From: Methylophilaceae bacterium
GTDB taxonomy: Bacteria; Pseudomonadota; Gammaproteobacteria; Burkholderiales; Methylophilaceae
Assembly (NCBI GenBank): GCA_028823485.1
Contig: JAPKBG010000003.1
Location: 52,898-116,897 of the forward strand
DNA: 64,000 nt
Direction of reading: 5' to 3'
The notes under the pieces were generated by a model. That model had not been told where the DNA came from. It saw only the letters and a program-made list of their open reading frames with translations, and did not search any database. Of this stretch, positions 19,818 to 28,826 are shown piece after piece. A program made the position numbers and the translations under genes. Positions within the stretch are counted from its first letter, which is position 1; the number at the start of each line of letters is the position of its first letter.

Positions 19818-20492
19818 ATGCGTTATTTCACATTTCTTATTTTTTTTCCGGTTTTAGTCCATGCAGAAACCTCACGCACCAGTACTTGGCTGATGTCGCT
19901 TAGTCGAATTAAATTCACTGATACTGTAAATGCATTTGTTGATATACAGCCTAGGTTTACCTTAAATGACACTCCGAGTGGTCATGAAAATACACTCGAT
20001 ACTTTATTAATAAGGGGCGCATTAGGCTATCAGCTAACCCCAAATATTGGGGTTTACCAAGGTTATGCTTATATCCCAACTTACGACCCTAAAAATGTTG
20101 AGCATCGTTTATTTCAAGAGTTATTCATTAATCAATCTTTTAATAATGGCAATGCTTTCACCAATCGCATACGGCTTGAACAAAGATGGATTGATAGCGC
20201 AGACGAAATAGCCTATCGATTCAGATATTTTGCTCGTTACACACACCCGCTTAGTCGGTGGCATGAAAAACTGTCATTAGCAATTAATGAAGAAATCTTT
20301 ATCAATTTGAATGATGCAAAAAATGGTCCGCAATCAAGTTTTAATCAAAATCGATTATTCGTTGGATTGAATTATCGCATCAACCCTTCCGTTGCTTATG
20401 AGTTTGGATATCAAAATCAGTATGTCAATGTAATTAAGAATACTAATGTGATGAACCACATATTATTTTTAGGCGTGCAGACAAACTTTTAG
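19818..20492 (+). CDS. DUF2490-like outer-membrane beta-barrel protein
   Basis: Signal peptide (FFPVLVHA), alternating amphipathic strands, aromatic-rich C-terminus ending in F. Confidence 0.6.
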   Translation: MRYFTFLIFFPVLVHAETSRTSTWLMSLSRIKFTDTVNAFVDIQPRFTLNDTPSGHENTLDTLLIRGALGYQLTPNIGVYQGYAYIPTYDPKNVEHRLFQELFINQSFNNGNAFTNRIRLEQRWIDSADEIAYRFRYFARYTHPLSRWHEKLSLAINEEIFINLNDAKNGPQSSFNQNRLFVGLNYRINPSVAYEFGYQNQYVNVIKNTNVMNHILFLGVQTNF

Positions 20493-20560
20493 TTGGCAGG
20501 AAATTGGTCTCTCTAGACTTTCCTGATTTCAGTTTTTCTGCGTAATAAATACATAAACTA

Positions 20561-20740
20561 TTAATACTTCATTTTTCTAAAGTCCCATGGTGCTATTGGA
20601 TTTTTATCTTTCCATAAGCCAAGTCTATCTTTTTGGGCTAAATATTCCTTTTGAGGATATAAAGCTCTATCCTCAACCTCTTGCTTACGCTCATACATAG
20701 AAATTTGAAAGCGAAGATAAAAGTGACTCCCGTTTGGGAC
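20561..20740 (-). pseudogene. 3' remnant of a thermonuclease (SNase-like) gene
   Basis: The minus frame reads ...EYLAQKDRLGLWKDKNPIAPWDFRKMKY*, the hallmark SNase C-terminus (A...A....GLW.D.NP..PW.WRK). No start codon; a stop lies about 60 codons upstream. Confidence 0.35.
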
Positions 20741-20750
20741 GCCAGGTTAT

Positions 20751-20783
20751 AAAAAAGCTTGCAGGAGACTGTAAGCCTTTTTT
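20751..20783. terminator. bidirectional terminator downstream of pntB
   Basis: A6, gcttgcag / ctgtaagc stem (one G-T pair), then T6. Confidence 0.55.
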
Positions 20784-20902
20784 GATTTCTATTGTTAGCA
20801 ATTGTGGCACTATCTAGCTAGCATTTCAAAAGCGAATAACTGTATGTTACTCCACATTCAGCCCGACGATATAAATCGCAAAATTTCACTTTGAATTACA
20901 GT

Positions 20903-22273
20903 CTATTCAATTGCTTTCGTAATATTTTCAACGACTTTTTTAGCATCGCCGAACACCATCATCGTTTTCTCTAGATAAAACAGCTCATTATCTACGCCCG
21001 CATAACCTGTTGCCATTGACCGCTTGTTAACAATAATCGTTTTTGCTTTATATGCGTCTAAGATTGGCATGCCATATATTGGGCTTTCTGGGTTCTTAAC
21101 GGCAGGGTTCACCACATCGTTTGCACCTATAACAAAAACAACATCCGTTTGTACAAACTCATTATTAATCTCTTCCATTTCTTCCACCTGTTCATAAGGC
21201 ACATCAGCTTCGGCTAATAAGACATTCATATGCCCTGGCATCCTACCTGCAACAGGGTGTATGGCATACTTTACATTTATGCCCTTTTCAATCAATCGAG
21301 ATGCTAGCTCTTGTAGCACAAGCTGTGCACGTGCTACCGCTAGACCATAACCTGGCACAATAATCACCGAATCTGCGTTGGCTAATAAGAAAGCGACATC
21401 CTCAACTGAAACCGCTTTTGCTGTCTTTTCTTCTCCACTGCCTGTGCTAGATGAGACCTCTGCACCAAACCCTCCTAACATCACACTTAGGATTGAGCGG
21501 TTCATTGCTTTACACATGATGTATGACAATATCGCCCCAGAAGATCCAACGCACGCTCCCGCAATGATTAGCACGGAATTGTTAAGAGTAAATCCTATTC
21601 CAGCTGCTGCCCAACCTGAGTAACTATTTAGCATGGAGACGACTACCGGCATATCGGCTCCACCTATTGGAATGATTAAAGTAACACCTAATATCAACGC
21701 CAAACCGCACATCAGTAAGAATAGCGTTTGACTTTGATAAAGGTTAAAGTAAGTCCCGCATGTAACCATCAATATGGCGAGTATTAAATTTAACAAATGC
21801 TGCCCTTTAAACACAACTGGCTTGGCACCGAATCTTCCTGAAAGCTTCCCAAAAGCGACCACTGAAGCCGTAAAGGTAATGGCGCCTATAAATGCACCGA
21901 TAAACAATTCAACTCTTTGTATTGTGCTATGCGCTTCAGCACTATTAAAAACAGCTGCGATGGCAATCAGTAAAGCTGACACACCGACAAAAGAATGCAT
22001 CAACGCGACCAGCTCTGGCATATCGGTCATTTGGACACGTTTTGCAACCGTTATGCCAACAATCGCACCTAAACCAATGGCAGTAAAAATCAGTGAGAAT
22101 ATTAATTGATGCCCAACAAATAGTGTGGTCACGACTGCGAGCCCCATACCTAACATACCTAGCACATTGCCTCGACCAGCACTATTAGGTGAGGAAAGCC
22201 CTTTTAACGACAATATAAAAAGAACAGCAGAGACTAGATAAGCACACGCCGTTATATTAGGATTAATAGGCAT
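20903..22273 (-). CDS. pntB: NAD(P) transhydrogenase subunit beta
   Basis: 456 aa. N-terminal polytopic domain and C-terminal NADP(H)-binding dIII (PGYGLAVA.AQ, HPVAGRMPGHMNVLLAEA, GANDVVNP). Confidence 0.95.
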   Translation of the reverse strand: MPINPNITACAYLVSAVLFILSLKGLSSPNSAGRGNVLGMLGMGLAVVTTLFVGHQLIFSLIFTAIGLGAIVGITVAKRVQMTDMPELVALMHSFVGVSALLIAIAAVFNSAEAHSTIQRVELFIGAFIGAITFTASVVAFGKLSGRFGAKPVVFKGQHLLNLILAILMVTCGTYFNLYQSQTLFLLMCGLALILGVTLIIPIGGADMPVVVSMLNSYSGWAAAGIGFTLNNSVLIIAGACVGSSGAILSYIMCKAMNRSILSVMLGGFGAEVSSSTGSGEEKTAKAVSVEDVAFLLANADSVIIVPGYGLAVARAQLVLQELASRLIEKGINVKYAIHPVAGRMPGHMNVLLAEADVPYEQVEEMEEINNEFVQTDVVFVIGANDVVNPAVKNPESPIYGMPILDAYKAKTIIVNKRSMATGYAGVDNELFYLEKTMMVFGDAKKVVENITKAIE

Positions 22274-22593
22274 TATTTAGGCCCCTTCATCTCTTTTTTA
22301 TCTTTCTTTTTAAACATTTCCAACATTCTGCGTGTCACCATAAATCCACCAAAAATATTAATCGACGTTAGAAAAATAGCAATTGTGCCCAAGATGCTTG
22401 TTAAATTAAAAGCGACGCCTTCTATCTGAACTGTTTGCAGCATCGCGCCAACAATGACAATACCTGAAATCGCGTTTGTAACAGACATCAAAGGAGTGTG
22501 TAATGCAGAGGTAACATTCCATACAATGTGATACCCCACAAAAATTGCTAGCACAAATATAGTCACATTTTGCATTGTTAATAATTCATTCAT
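22273..22593 (-). CDS. pntAB: NAD(P) transhydrogenase subunit alpha part 2 (membrane)
   Basis: 106 aa, 3-TM. ...[27 protein letters not shown]..., coupled to both neighbours. Confidence 0.9.
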   Translation of the reverse strand: MNELLTMQNVTIFVLAIFVGYHIVWNVTSALHTPLMSVTNAISGIVIVGAMLQTVQIEGVAFNLTSILGTIAIFLTSINIFGGFMVTRRMLEMFKKKDKKEMKGPK

Positions 22594-23735
22594 GGTGTTT
22601 CCTTATTCATATTTTTTGAAATATTGCCATTTTCACAGAGCAAACAAGCCTTAACTAATTCATCCTCTTTCGACAAATTCAGCTTTGCATCATCCGTTAC
22701 CATTAATTTCAAAAACTCAAATACATTTTTTGCATAGAGTGATGACGCATCGGCGCTCACTAAGCTGGGTACATTGGTATAGCCAACAAGGGTAACGCCA
22801 TGCTTAACTACAACCTCATTCGCTACTGTCAGCGGGCAGTTCCCCGAGCCGTCTTTGCCCACACCTGCAGCTAAATCCACAACCACAGAGCCTAACTTCA
22901 TGGACTGCACCACTTCAGCACTGAGTAAAACTGGTGGTTCACGTCCAGGGATCAGTGCAGAGGTAATAATAATATCGGATTCTTTTGCGCGTTTAGCTAC
23001 TAGCTCTGCTTGACGTTTCATCCATGACTCAGGCATGGCACGTGCATAACCAGCCTCCCCAGCAGCAATTTTCACTTCCTCTTCCGTCTCGTATGGAACA
23101 TCTAAAAATTTAGCACCTAGTGACTCTATTTGCTCTTTTACAGCAGGCCGTACATCTGAAGCTTCTATAACAGCGCCCATACGTCTTGCTGTTGCAATCG
23201 CCTGCAAACCAGCTACACCAGCCCCTAAAACCAATACTCGTGCAGCCTTCACCGTGCCTGCCGCCGTCATTAACATAGGCATAAAATGTCGATAATAGTG
23301 GCTTGCTAATAAGGCTGACTTGTAGCCGGCAATGTTAGCTTGTGAAGAAAGCACGTCCATGCTTTGTGCTCTAGTGTTCCTCGGCAACAACTCTAAAGAA
23401 AAGGCTGTTAACCCTTGTTTAGACATCGCCTGTAGACTTGTTTGATTAAACGGCTCTAACATCCCTATAATGACAGTACCTGCCTTCATCGCCGTTATTT
23501 CCTTTGGCTCAGGCGTGCGTACTTTTAAAATTAATGAGCATGCAAATACCTCGTTTGCAGTGCCTAATTTTGCCCCTGCCTGAGTGTAAGCCTCATCCAT
23601 AATGTCTGCGCTTAGGCCAGCACCTGTCTGCACAAGCACCTCACAACCTAAACTGACAATCTTTTTAACAACCTCAGGTGTAATGGCAACGCGATATTCA
23701 TATTCACGAATCTCTGTAGGAATCCCAATTTTCAT
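22590..23735 (-). CDS. pntAA: NAD(P) transhydrogenase subunit alpha part 1 (dI)
   Basis: [21 protein letters not shown]..., Rossmann motif [22 protein letters not shown]; alanine-dehydrogenase-like fold. Confidence 0.95.
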   Translation of the reverse strand: MKIGIPTEIREYEYRVAITPEVVKKIVSLGCEVLVQTGAGLSADIMDEAYTQAGAKLGTANEVFACSLILKVRTPEPKEITAMKAGTVIIGMLEPFNQTSLQAMSKQGLTAFSLELLPRNTRAQSMDVLSSQANIAGYKSALLASHYYRHFMPMLMTAAGTVKAARVLVLGAGVAGLQAIATARRMGAVIEASDVRPAVKEQIESLGAKFLDVPYETEEEVKIAAGEAGYARAMPESWMKRQAELVAKRAKESDIIITSALIPGREPPVLLSAEVVQSMKLGSVVVDLAAGVGKDGSGNCPLTVANEVVVKHGVTLVGYTNVPSLVSADASSLYAKNVFEFLKLMVTDDAKLNLSKEDELVKACLLCENGNISKNMNKETP

Positions 23736-23766
23736 TTCTAATCCTTAATTTGCTTCTTTAAAAATA

Positions 23767-23874
23767 TCAACGATATGCTTCTGCATCCAAGGAACAACGC
23801 CCAACCAAACCTCCATCAATATCTGTATGAGTAAACAAAGCAGCAGCATTGTCTGGATTTAAGCTTCCTTCATA
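23767..23874 (-). pseudogene. 3' remnant of a triosephosphate isomerase gene
   Basis: The minus frame reads [35 protein letters not shown]. Compare the TIM C-terminus YGGSV...NA.EL....DIDG.LVGGASL....F. No upstream coding continuation. Confidence 0.45.
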
Positions 23875-24157
23875 TTAAATACGCATATTTGAAGCATTTC
23901 GTTATTTTATGTTAGAAAGAGGAAATGAAATAATTAATGATGAATTCAGCATTTAAACAATGGAAAAATATTGAGTGTTTATAAGTTTGGTTAAACTAAA
24001 CTTCTCAGACTATTCAAAATTAATCTTTTAATAAAATTATAAAGTGAGGGGCGTCAATCGAATAAATAATTTAACTTATCGTATATACAAACTTGTTTGA
24101 GTTAATACAAATAACGTTATACAAAAACTTATACAGTTTTACATTATGTACAAGGTA

Positions 24158-24250
24158 CAGCGAATTGAAAATCCGCGTGTCACTGGTTCAGTTCCAGTTC
24201 AGGCCACCAATTAGAATAAAGCTCACAGCGATGTGGGTTTTTTCATTAAC
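24158..24250 (+). repeat. direct-repeat copy of the tRNA-Phe 3' part (anticodon stem to CCA, 24158-24209) plus its downstream terminator-like tail; att-like site
   Basis: cagcgAattgaaaatccgcgtgtcactggttcaGttccagttcAggccacca differs from 19325-19376 at about 3-4 positions. The tail aataaagctCacagcgaTgtGgg..ttttt parallels 19383-19415. The 5' half of the tRNA is absent. Confidence 0.8.
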
Positions 24251-24512
24251 AGGGCCGGCTAGCAAGGGCTGGTACTAGAGATAAAGTTTCGCTAAGTTAG
24301 AAATCAAAAGGTCTCATCATGATGGCTGAGGTTAAGGCGAAAATATAACCAAACTGCATAACTGATAATTTCGGATGGAAAGCGATGTTGTTTGTAAGTT
24401 CTGATAGCTGAGTTATCTAACATCTGATATTAACTTGTCAGCACCAGTCAACCATAAGTTTAAACATCTCAATATAATTGACCTGAATGCATTTATTAGA
24501 GATGATTGGTTG

Positions 24513-25502
24513 ATGCAGAGAATTGCGATTATTGGCGCGGGCTTATCAGGCGTTACCTTAGCCAACAGTTTAAAAGAACATTTTAAAATAAGCCTATTTG
24601 AGAAGTCGTACTCACCGGGTGGAAGAATTGCATCACGTAATGTTGAGCCATACTCATTTGATCATGGCGCGCAATATTTTAAAGTGAAATCTAAAGCGTT
24701 TCAAGATTTAATTAACCCCCTTTTATCAGAAAATGTGGTCGCACCTTGGCAGGCTCGATTTGTCGAGATGTGTAATCAAGGTATTACCAAGCAAACACTG
24801 TGGGATGATAAACACCCTCATTATGTTGGCGTACCTAATAACCGTGCCTTTGTAGAACACCTAAGCCGTGGATTATCGATAACGCTTCATTCTCGTGTAG
24901 TTGAGATGAAAAAGGTTAATCAGCAGTGGGCGCTAAAAGCTGAAGGTGACGCTCCCTTAGGCTTGTTTGACTGGGTGGTTTGTGCCATGCCAGTACCACA
25001 AACACAGGCTTTGCTAGCAAAGGCCAATCTCAAATATAACGCTATATCTGATATCAAGATGCAGGCTTGCTATGCTTTGATGTTAGGTTTTGAGGATAAA
25101 ATGGATTTAGGCTTTGATGCGGCAATGGTAAAAGATGAAACCATTAGCTGGATCTCGAATAACAGCAGCAAGCCAATGCGAGAAAAAGGCTTTAATCTTT
25201 TAATCAACTCGACTAATGACTGGGCAGATACGCACTTTAACCAAAACGATGATTGGGTAATTGAGGGAATGAAGTCAACTGTGAGCAATATTATTAATCA
25301 AGATCTATCAAACCCACAATTCTGTGCACTAAAACGTTGGAAATACGCCAACTGCAAAAGACAGGATGAGCAGCCATATTTAATAGATAATACCAATAAG
25401 ATTGGGTTATGTGGTGATTGGTTTATGGGCGGCAGAATCGAATCTGCTTTTAAGAGCGGTCATCAGTTAGCATTGGCGATGCTGAAAAATGCACATGTAT
25501 AA
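24513..25502 (+). CDS. NAD(P)/FAD-dependent oxidoreductase (amine-oxidase/renalase-like)
   Basis: MQRIAIIGAGLSGVTLA...FEKS..PGGR dinucleotide-binding motif; C-terminal GDW..GGRIE.A..SG. Start set at the ATG preceding the GxGxxG motif. Confidence 0.8.
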   Translation: MQRIAIIGAGLSGVTLANSLKEHFKISLFEKSYSPGGRIASRNVEPYSFDHGAQYFKVKSKAFQDLINPLLSENVVAPWQARFVEMCNQGITKQTLWDDKHPHYVGVPNNRAFVEHLSRGLSITLHSRVVEMKKVNQQWALKAEGDAPLGLFDWVVCAMPVPQTQALLAKANLKYNAISDIKMQACYALMLGFEDKMDLGFDAAMVKDETISWISNNSSKPMREKGFNLLINSTNDWADTHFNQNDDWVIEGMKSTVSNIINQDLSNPQFCALKRWKYANCKRQDEQPYLIDNTNKIGLCGDWFMGGRIESAFKSGHQLALAMLKNAHV

Positions 25503-26214
25503 ATCAGTTGTCATCGTTGGCAGTAATGGCGGCATTGGGTCTGGACTCATTCATGAAATTCATCGTCAAATGCCTGACGTGATTATCCATGCGCTTGCCA
25601 GAAAAAAAATAAACACCCCACTTACTAACGTGATTGATTATTGTGTTGATTTTGAGCAAGAGTCAGCAATAGCAGAAGTGCGTGACCAAATTATTGCGCA
25701 TGGTGCTATTGATTGCATGATTGTTGCAACAGGCATATTACATAATGCATCGGTCAAACCTGAAAAAACACTAAGGCAGTTAAACTATCAACAATTACAA
25801 ACTATTTTTGCAACCAATACGTTTTTACCAGTCATCATTGCCAAACATTTTATTCCGCATCTATCACAAGAGATTAACTCTGTCTTTTGTGTATTATCTG
25901 CTAGGGTTGGCAGTATCAGCGATAACCATCTTGGCGGGTGGTATGCCTATCGCGCCTCAAAAGCCGCTTTAAATATGTTGATTAAAACAGCTTCAATTGA
26001 AACGGCTCGCACCAACAAAAAAGCTATTATCGCTGGCTTACATCCTGGTACTGTTGAAACGAGATTATCGCAGCCATTTTTAGCGCGTGTCGATCAAGAC
26101 AAATACTTCAGCACAGAAAAAGCCGCCAAGCAATTATTACAAGTGATCAGCAAACTAAACATTGACGATACAGGCCTAGTATTTGATTGGAAAGGTGAGC
26201 AAGTAGAGCCCTGA
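25489..26214 (+). CDS. short-chain dehydrogenase/reductase (SDR)
   Basis: VVIVGSNGGIGSG cofactor motif and YRASKAALN catalytic motif. Overlaps the upstream stop. The start could instead be the ATG at 25495. Confidence 0.85.
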   Translation: MHMYKSVVIVGSNGGIGSGLIHEIHRQMPDVIIHALARKKINTPLTNVIDYCVDFEQESAIAEVRDQIIAHGAIDCMIVATGILHNASVKPEKTLRQLNYQQLQTIFATNTFLPVIIAKHFIPHLSQEINSVFCVLSARVGSISDNHLGGWYAYRASKAALNMLIKTASIETARTNKKAIIAGLHPGTVETRLSQPFLARVDQDKYFSTEKAAKQLLQVISKLNIDDTGLVFDWKGEQVEP

Positions 26215-26391
26215 CAAAAACAAAGCGCCTATTTATATGCCGCTTTTGAAAAATGATCTTAGGATAGTTTGGTTTTGTATCAACGGAACTAAAATCAGCT
26301 AACGGAGGCAAACATGCCTTAGCTTGAATGGTTTACTCAATTCAGTGAAACATTCATGGTAGCCAAAAGCTAGTTTAAAGGAGTTGTTAGG

Positions 26392-26760
26392 ATGCGTTTT
26401 ATAATCGTATTATTCAGTTTGAGTTTGACTTGTTTAGCCGTGGCAAACACACCTTCCACTCAATTGAGCGCTGAAAAGCCGAGCGCTAAACAGGTGGATA
26501 TACAGACCTTGGCTTTACAAAAGCAATATTTGCAAACGATTGATTGCAGGGGTGCCGATCAGTTAATAAGCATACTAAAGAAGTCATTAGATCAGACAGA
26601 AGATTTATCAGCTAAAGGCCACATTGCCAGCGTTTTTGAAGAGGTGGTGATGAACAACCCTTCATGCTTTATACAGGCGTCCAATGCTTTGCCAGTTAAA
26701 GTGTGTGATCAAGTAGAAGCACAGTTTATTCACGAAACTTTTTTTCTATCCACGCGCTGA
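26392..26760 (+). CDS. hypothetical secreted protein
   Basis: AGGAG-like RBS, signal peptide (LSLTCLAVA), 122 aa, no recognisable domain. Confidence 0.45.
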   Translation: MRFIIVLFSLSLTCLAVANTPSTQLSAEKPSAKQVDIQTLALQKQYLQTIDCRGADQLISILKKSLDQTEDLSAKGHIASVFEEVVMNNPSCFIQASNALPVKVCDQVEAQFIHETFFLSTR

Positions 26761-26821
26761 AATAAAACAATCGTTGTCAGAGGCTAATAACTATCCTAAT
26801 GGTTGTCTGGCTAGTAAACAG

Positions 26822-27055
26822 CTAGACCCAGCCTTGTAGCCATTTATCTTTTTCATTAAGTAGTTGCCATTTGAGTGTTTGTTTGCGCTTTGTCATGATG
26901 GCTTCTAGCTCAATTATTTCAATTGGTTGATTCTCATCTTCTGGCAACACTAGTTTTGTCACCATAAAATGTTTTTCTTTATTGCTGGGGGTGACAGCAG
27001 TCCATTTACTGTTCAATAGCTTTTTGGGATTCACAATATGTTTAGCTGATTTCAT
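26822..27055 (-). CDS. TIGR02450-family tryptophan-rich protein
   Basis: 77 aa. ...LLNSKWTAV.P...EKHF.V......IE.EA......LKW..L.....W..GW. matches the family pattern. Confidence 0.7.
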   Translation of the reverse strand: MKSAKHIVNPKKLLNSKWTAVTPSNKEKHFMVTKLVLPEDENQPIEIIELEAIMTKRKQTLKWQLLNEKDKWLQGWV

Positions 27056-27086
27056 CTAGAGCGACTTAATAAGATTTTGCTTAACT

Positions 27087-27494
27087 TTATTCAGCATCTG
27101 GATATTTGTACCTAGCTAATTTCAGCATTGTTGGACCAATCGTTTTAGATATTTGATGTCTGAATTTTGCAAAAAAACGGTAAAACAGTGCGTAAAATTG
27201 TTGAAATAGTGTAAACGAAAATAGCCATTTCATTGCCGTTAAATCGGAACGTTTATAAGCTTCTGCGAATACCACCGGTCCTTTAATTACTTGTCCAGTT
27301 GCTAATTTGGCATGGATTACTTTTAAGGCAAGATCACAGTTAATGCCCTCCTCTACGCCGACACCTTCTTGGACATTGATAAATTTTAGTAGATGGCGAC
27401 GGTTATTATTTTGTAATACATGGATTTCTGCTAAGCAGAGCGGGCAGTTGCCATCGTAAAAAATGCTTAGCTGTTCTAACGCAATATCTGTCAT
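27087..27494 (-). CDS. DCC-family thiol-disulfide oxidoreductase (DUF393)
   Basis: IFYDGNCPLCLAEI... N-terminal CxxC motif of the DCC1/DUF393 family; 135 aa. Confidence 0.75.
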   Translation of the reverse strand: MTDIALEQLSIFYDGNCPLCLAEIHVLQNNNRRHLLKFINVQEGVGVEEGINCDLALKVIHAKLATGQVIKGPVVFAEAYKRSDLTAMKWLFSFTLFQQFYALFYRFFAKFRHQISKTIGPTMLKLARYKYPDAE

Positions 27495-27530
27495 TACTTT
27501 GGGACTTCATATTGTAAAGATAGTTGCGCA

Positions 27531-28787
27531 CTAACCACGGTGTCTAATCATTTTCTTCTTGTTTGAAGCCCCAATGAAATCATGTGATGCTACTTTCCAA
27601 AACTTTGAAAAGCTTGTGATTTGTTCTGATGTAAATGTGTTGGTGCATACTTTTTGTTCTGGCTGCCAAGTGACTGGATACTCGGCTACTAATTGTTTAA
27701 GTTGTTGGTTTGGCGTGTCTTGCGTGATGATATGTTGTGTTTTTAAATGCTTAAAAACGGCACTTGTTTGTCCTATCCAAACTGTTACATTTGGCATTTC
27801 GATTAAGCAGTCGGCGATAAAGTGTAAGCGATTGATTGACCAGTCTTGATAAAAATATGGGTCAAAAATAAAGACTTTTTCATGCGTTAGTTGTAATAAA
27901 TCGTGTTCATTATTGAGCATTTCATCATGGATCCAAACCAATATCTTGTCACCTAATTCACTGCTAGCATGCGGCTGTTCAATAGGAATGTGTTCTCGAG
28001 CAAGTTGTTGGCTTGGTTTAAATAATTGTTGTTCAAGGTTGGTGTAACTGTCTCTAAAGGGGCATTTCTCTTCACATGAATCGCAGTGTTTATTTTTCGT
28101 ATATTTGGCTAAATTTTCTTGATTAAAAAAATAGGGTTTGCGGCTAAAGGTTGAGCTGACCCACTGCCAAGAAAGATGATTGCTGGCATAGTCACCATCC
28201 AATAGTTGGTCATGCATCCATTGTGCCCCCTGTTGCCAATCAGTATGTCGCCAATGTACTGTGTAAGCAGCTAACCACATACGCGCGTGATTATGTAGGT
28301 AACCTTCTTCCAAAAGCTGGGAAGCAAAATGGTCAATACAAGGCAGTCCTGTAGATGCGGTTTGCAGGTCAGTTGGTAAATCACCATAGGCTAAGACAAC
28401 TTGAGGGGGCTGCATGTCGACCATGATAGCGTCGCCATGGGCATACCACACGGTTCGCCAGTATTCACGCCAGGCAAATTCATTTAGTAGTTTTTCAGCA
28501 GATTGGCCAAATTGCGTACGTACCTTTTCGACTGCTTCAGGAAGACTAATACAACCATGTCTAAAATAAGGAGACAGATGCGTCACCGCACCATCAGTAA
28601 AGTTTCTGGTTTTGCCATAAGCTTCGCCATTCACGGCATTGAGTTTCTCGAGGCCTCGCGTTCTACCACCTTGAAAATCTGCTGATAGTGATTGCTTTTC
28701 GCTTTTATCATCTTGCGCAAACCAGTAATTGATTGCTTTAACGCGCGCTTGGCGGTCATTCGGGATATCCCATTGCGTGATGTTCAT
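27531..28787 (-). CDS. photolyase/cryptochrome-superfamily protein with inverted domain order (FAD-binding domain first, alpha/beta domain last; NewPHL-like)
   Basis: Residues about 35-260 carry FAD_binding_7 hallmarks: LSPYFRHGCIS, EFAWREYW, TGLPCIDHFASQLLEEGYLHNHARMWLAAY, LLDGDYASNHLSWQWVSS, and a CDSCEEKCPF cluster. Residues about 283-400 (KILVWIHDEMLNNEHDLL...VFIFDPYFY...NRLHFIADCL) resemble the canonical N-terminal photolyase alpha/beta domain. Confidence 0.7.
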   Translation of the reverse strand: MNITQWDIPNDRQARVKAINYWFAQDDKSEKQSLSADFQGGRTRGLEKLNAVNGEAYGKTRNFTDGAVTHLSPYFRHGCISLPEAVEKVRTQFGQSAEKLLNEFAWREYWRTVWYAHGDAIMVDMQPPQVVLAYGDLPTDLQTASTGLPCIDHFASQLLEEGYLHNHARMWLAAYTVHWRHTDWQQGAQWMHDQLLDGDYASNHLSWQWVSSTFSRKPYFFNQENLAKYTKNKHCDSCEEKCPFRDSYTNLEQQLFKPSQQLAREHIPIEQPHASSELGDKILVWIHDEMLNNEHDLLQLTHEKVFIFDPYFYQDWSINRLHFIADCLIEMPNVTVWIGQTSAVFKHLKTQHIITQDTPNQQLKQLVAEYPVTWQPEQKVCTNTFTSEQITSFSKFWKVASHDFIGASNKKKMIRHRG

Positions 28788-28826
28788 CTGGTTTATTTAG
28801 TTGTTTATCTATTAATTAAAGCTTAT

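Noticed and set aside
24290-24512. Possible transposase tail (…DNFGWKAML…) in the leader of the FAD oxidoreductase gene.
   Set aside because: Only a 7-residue resemblance to the IS5-type motif. Multiple stops and no extended similarity.
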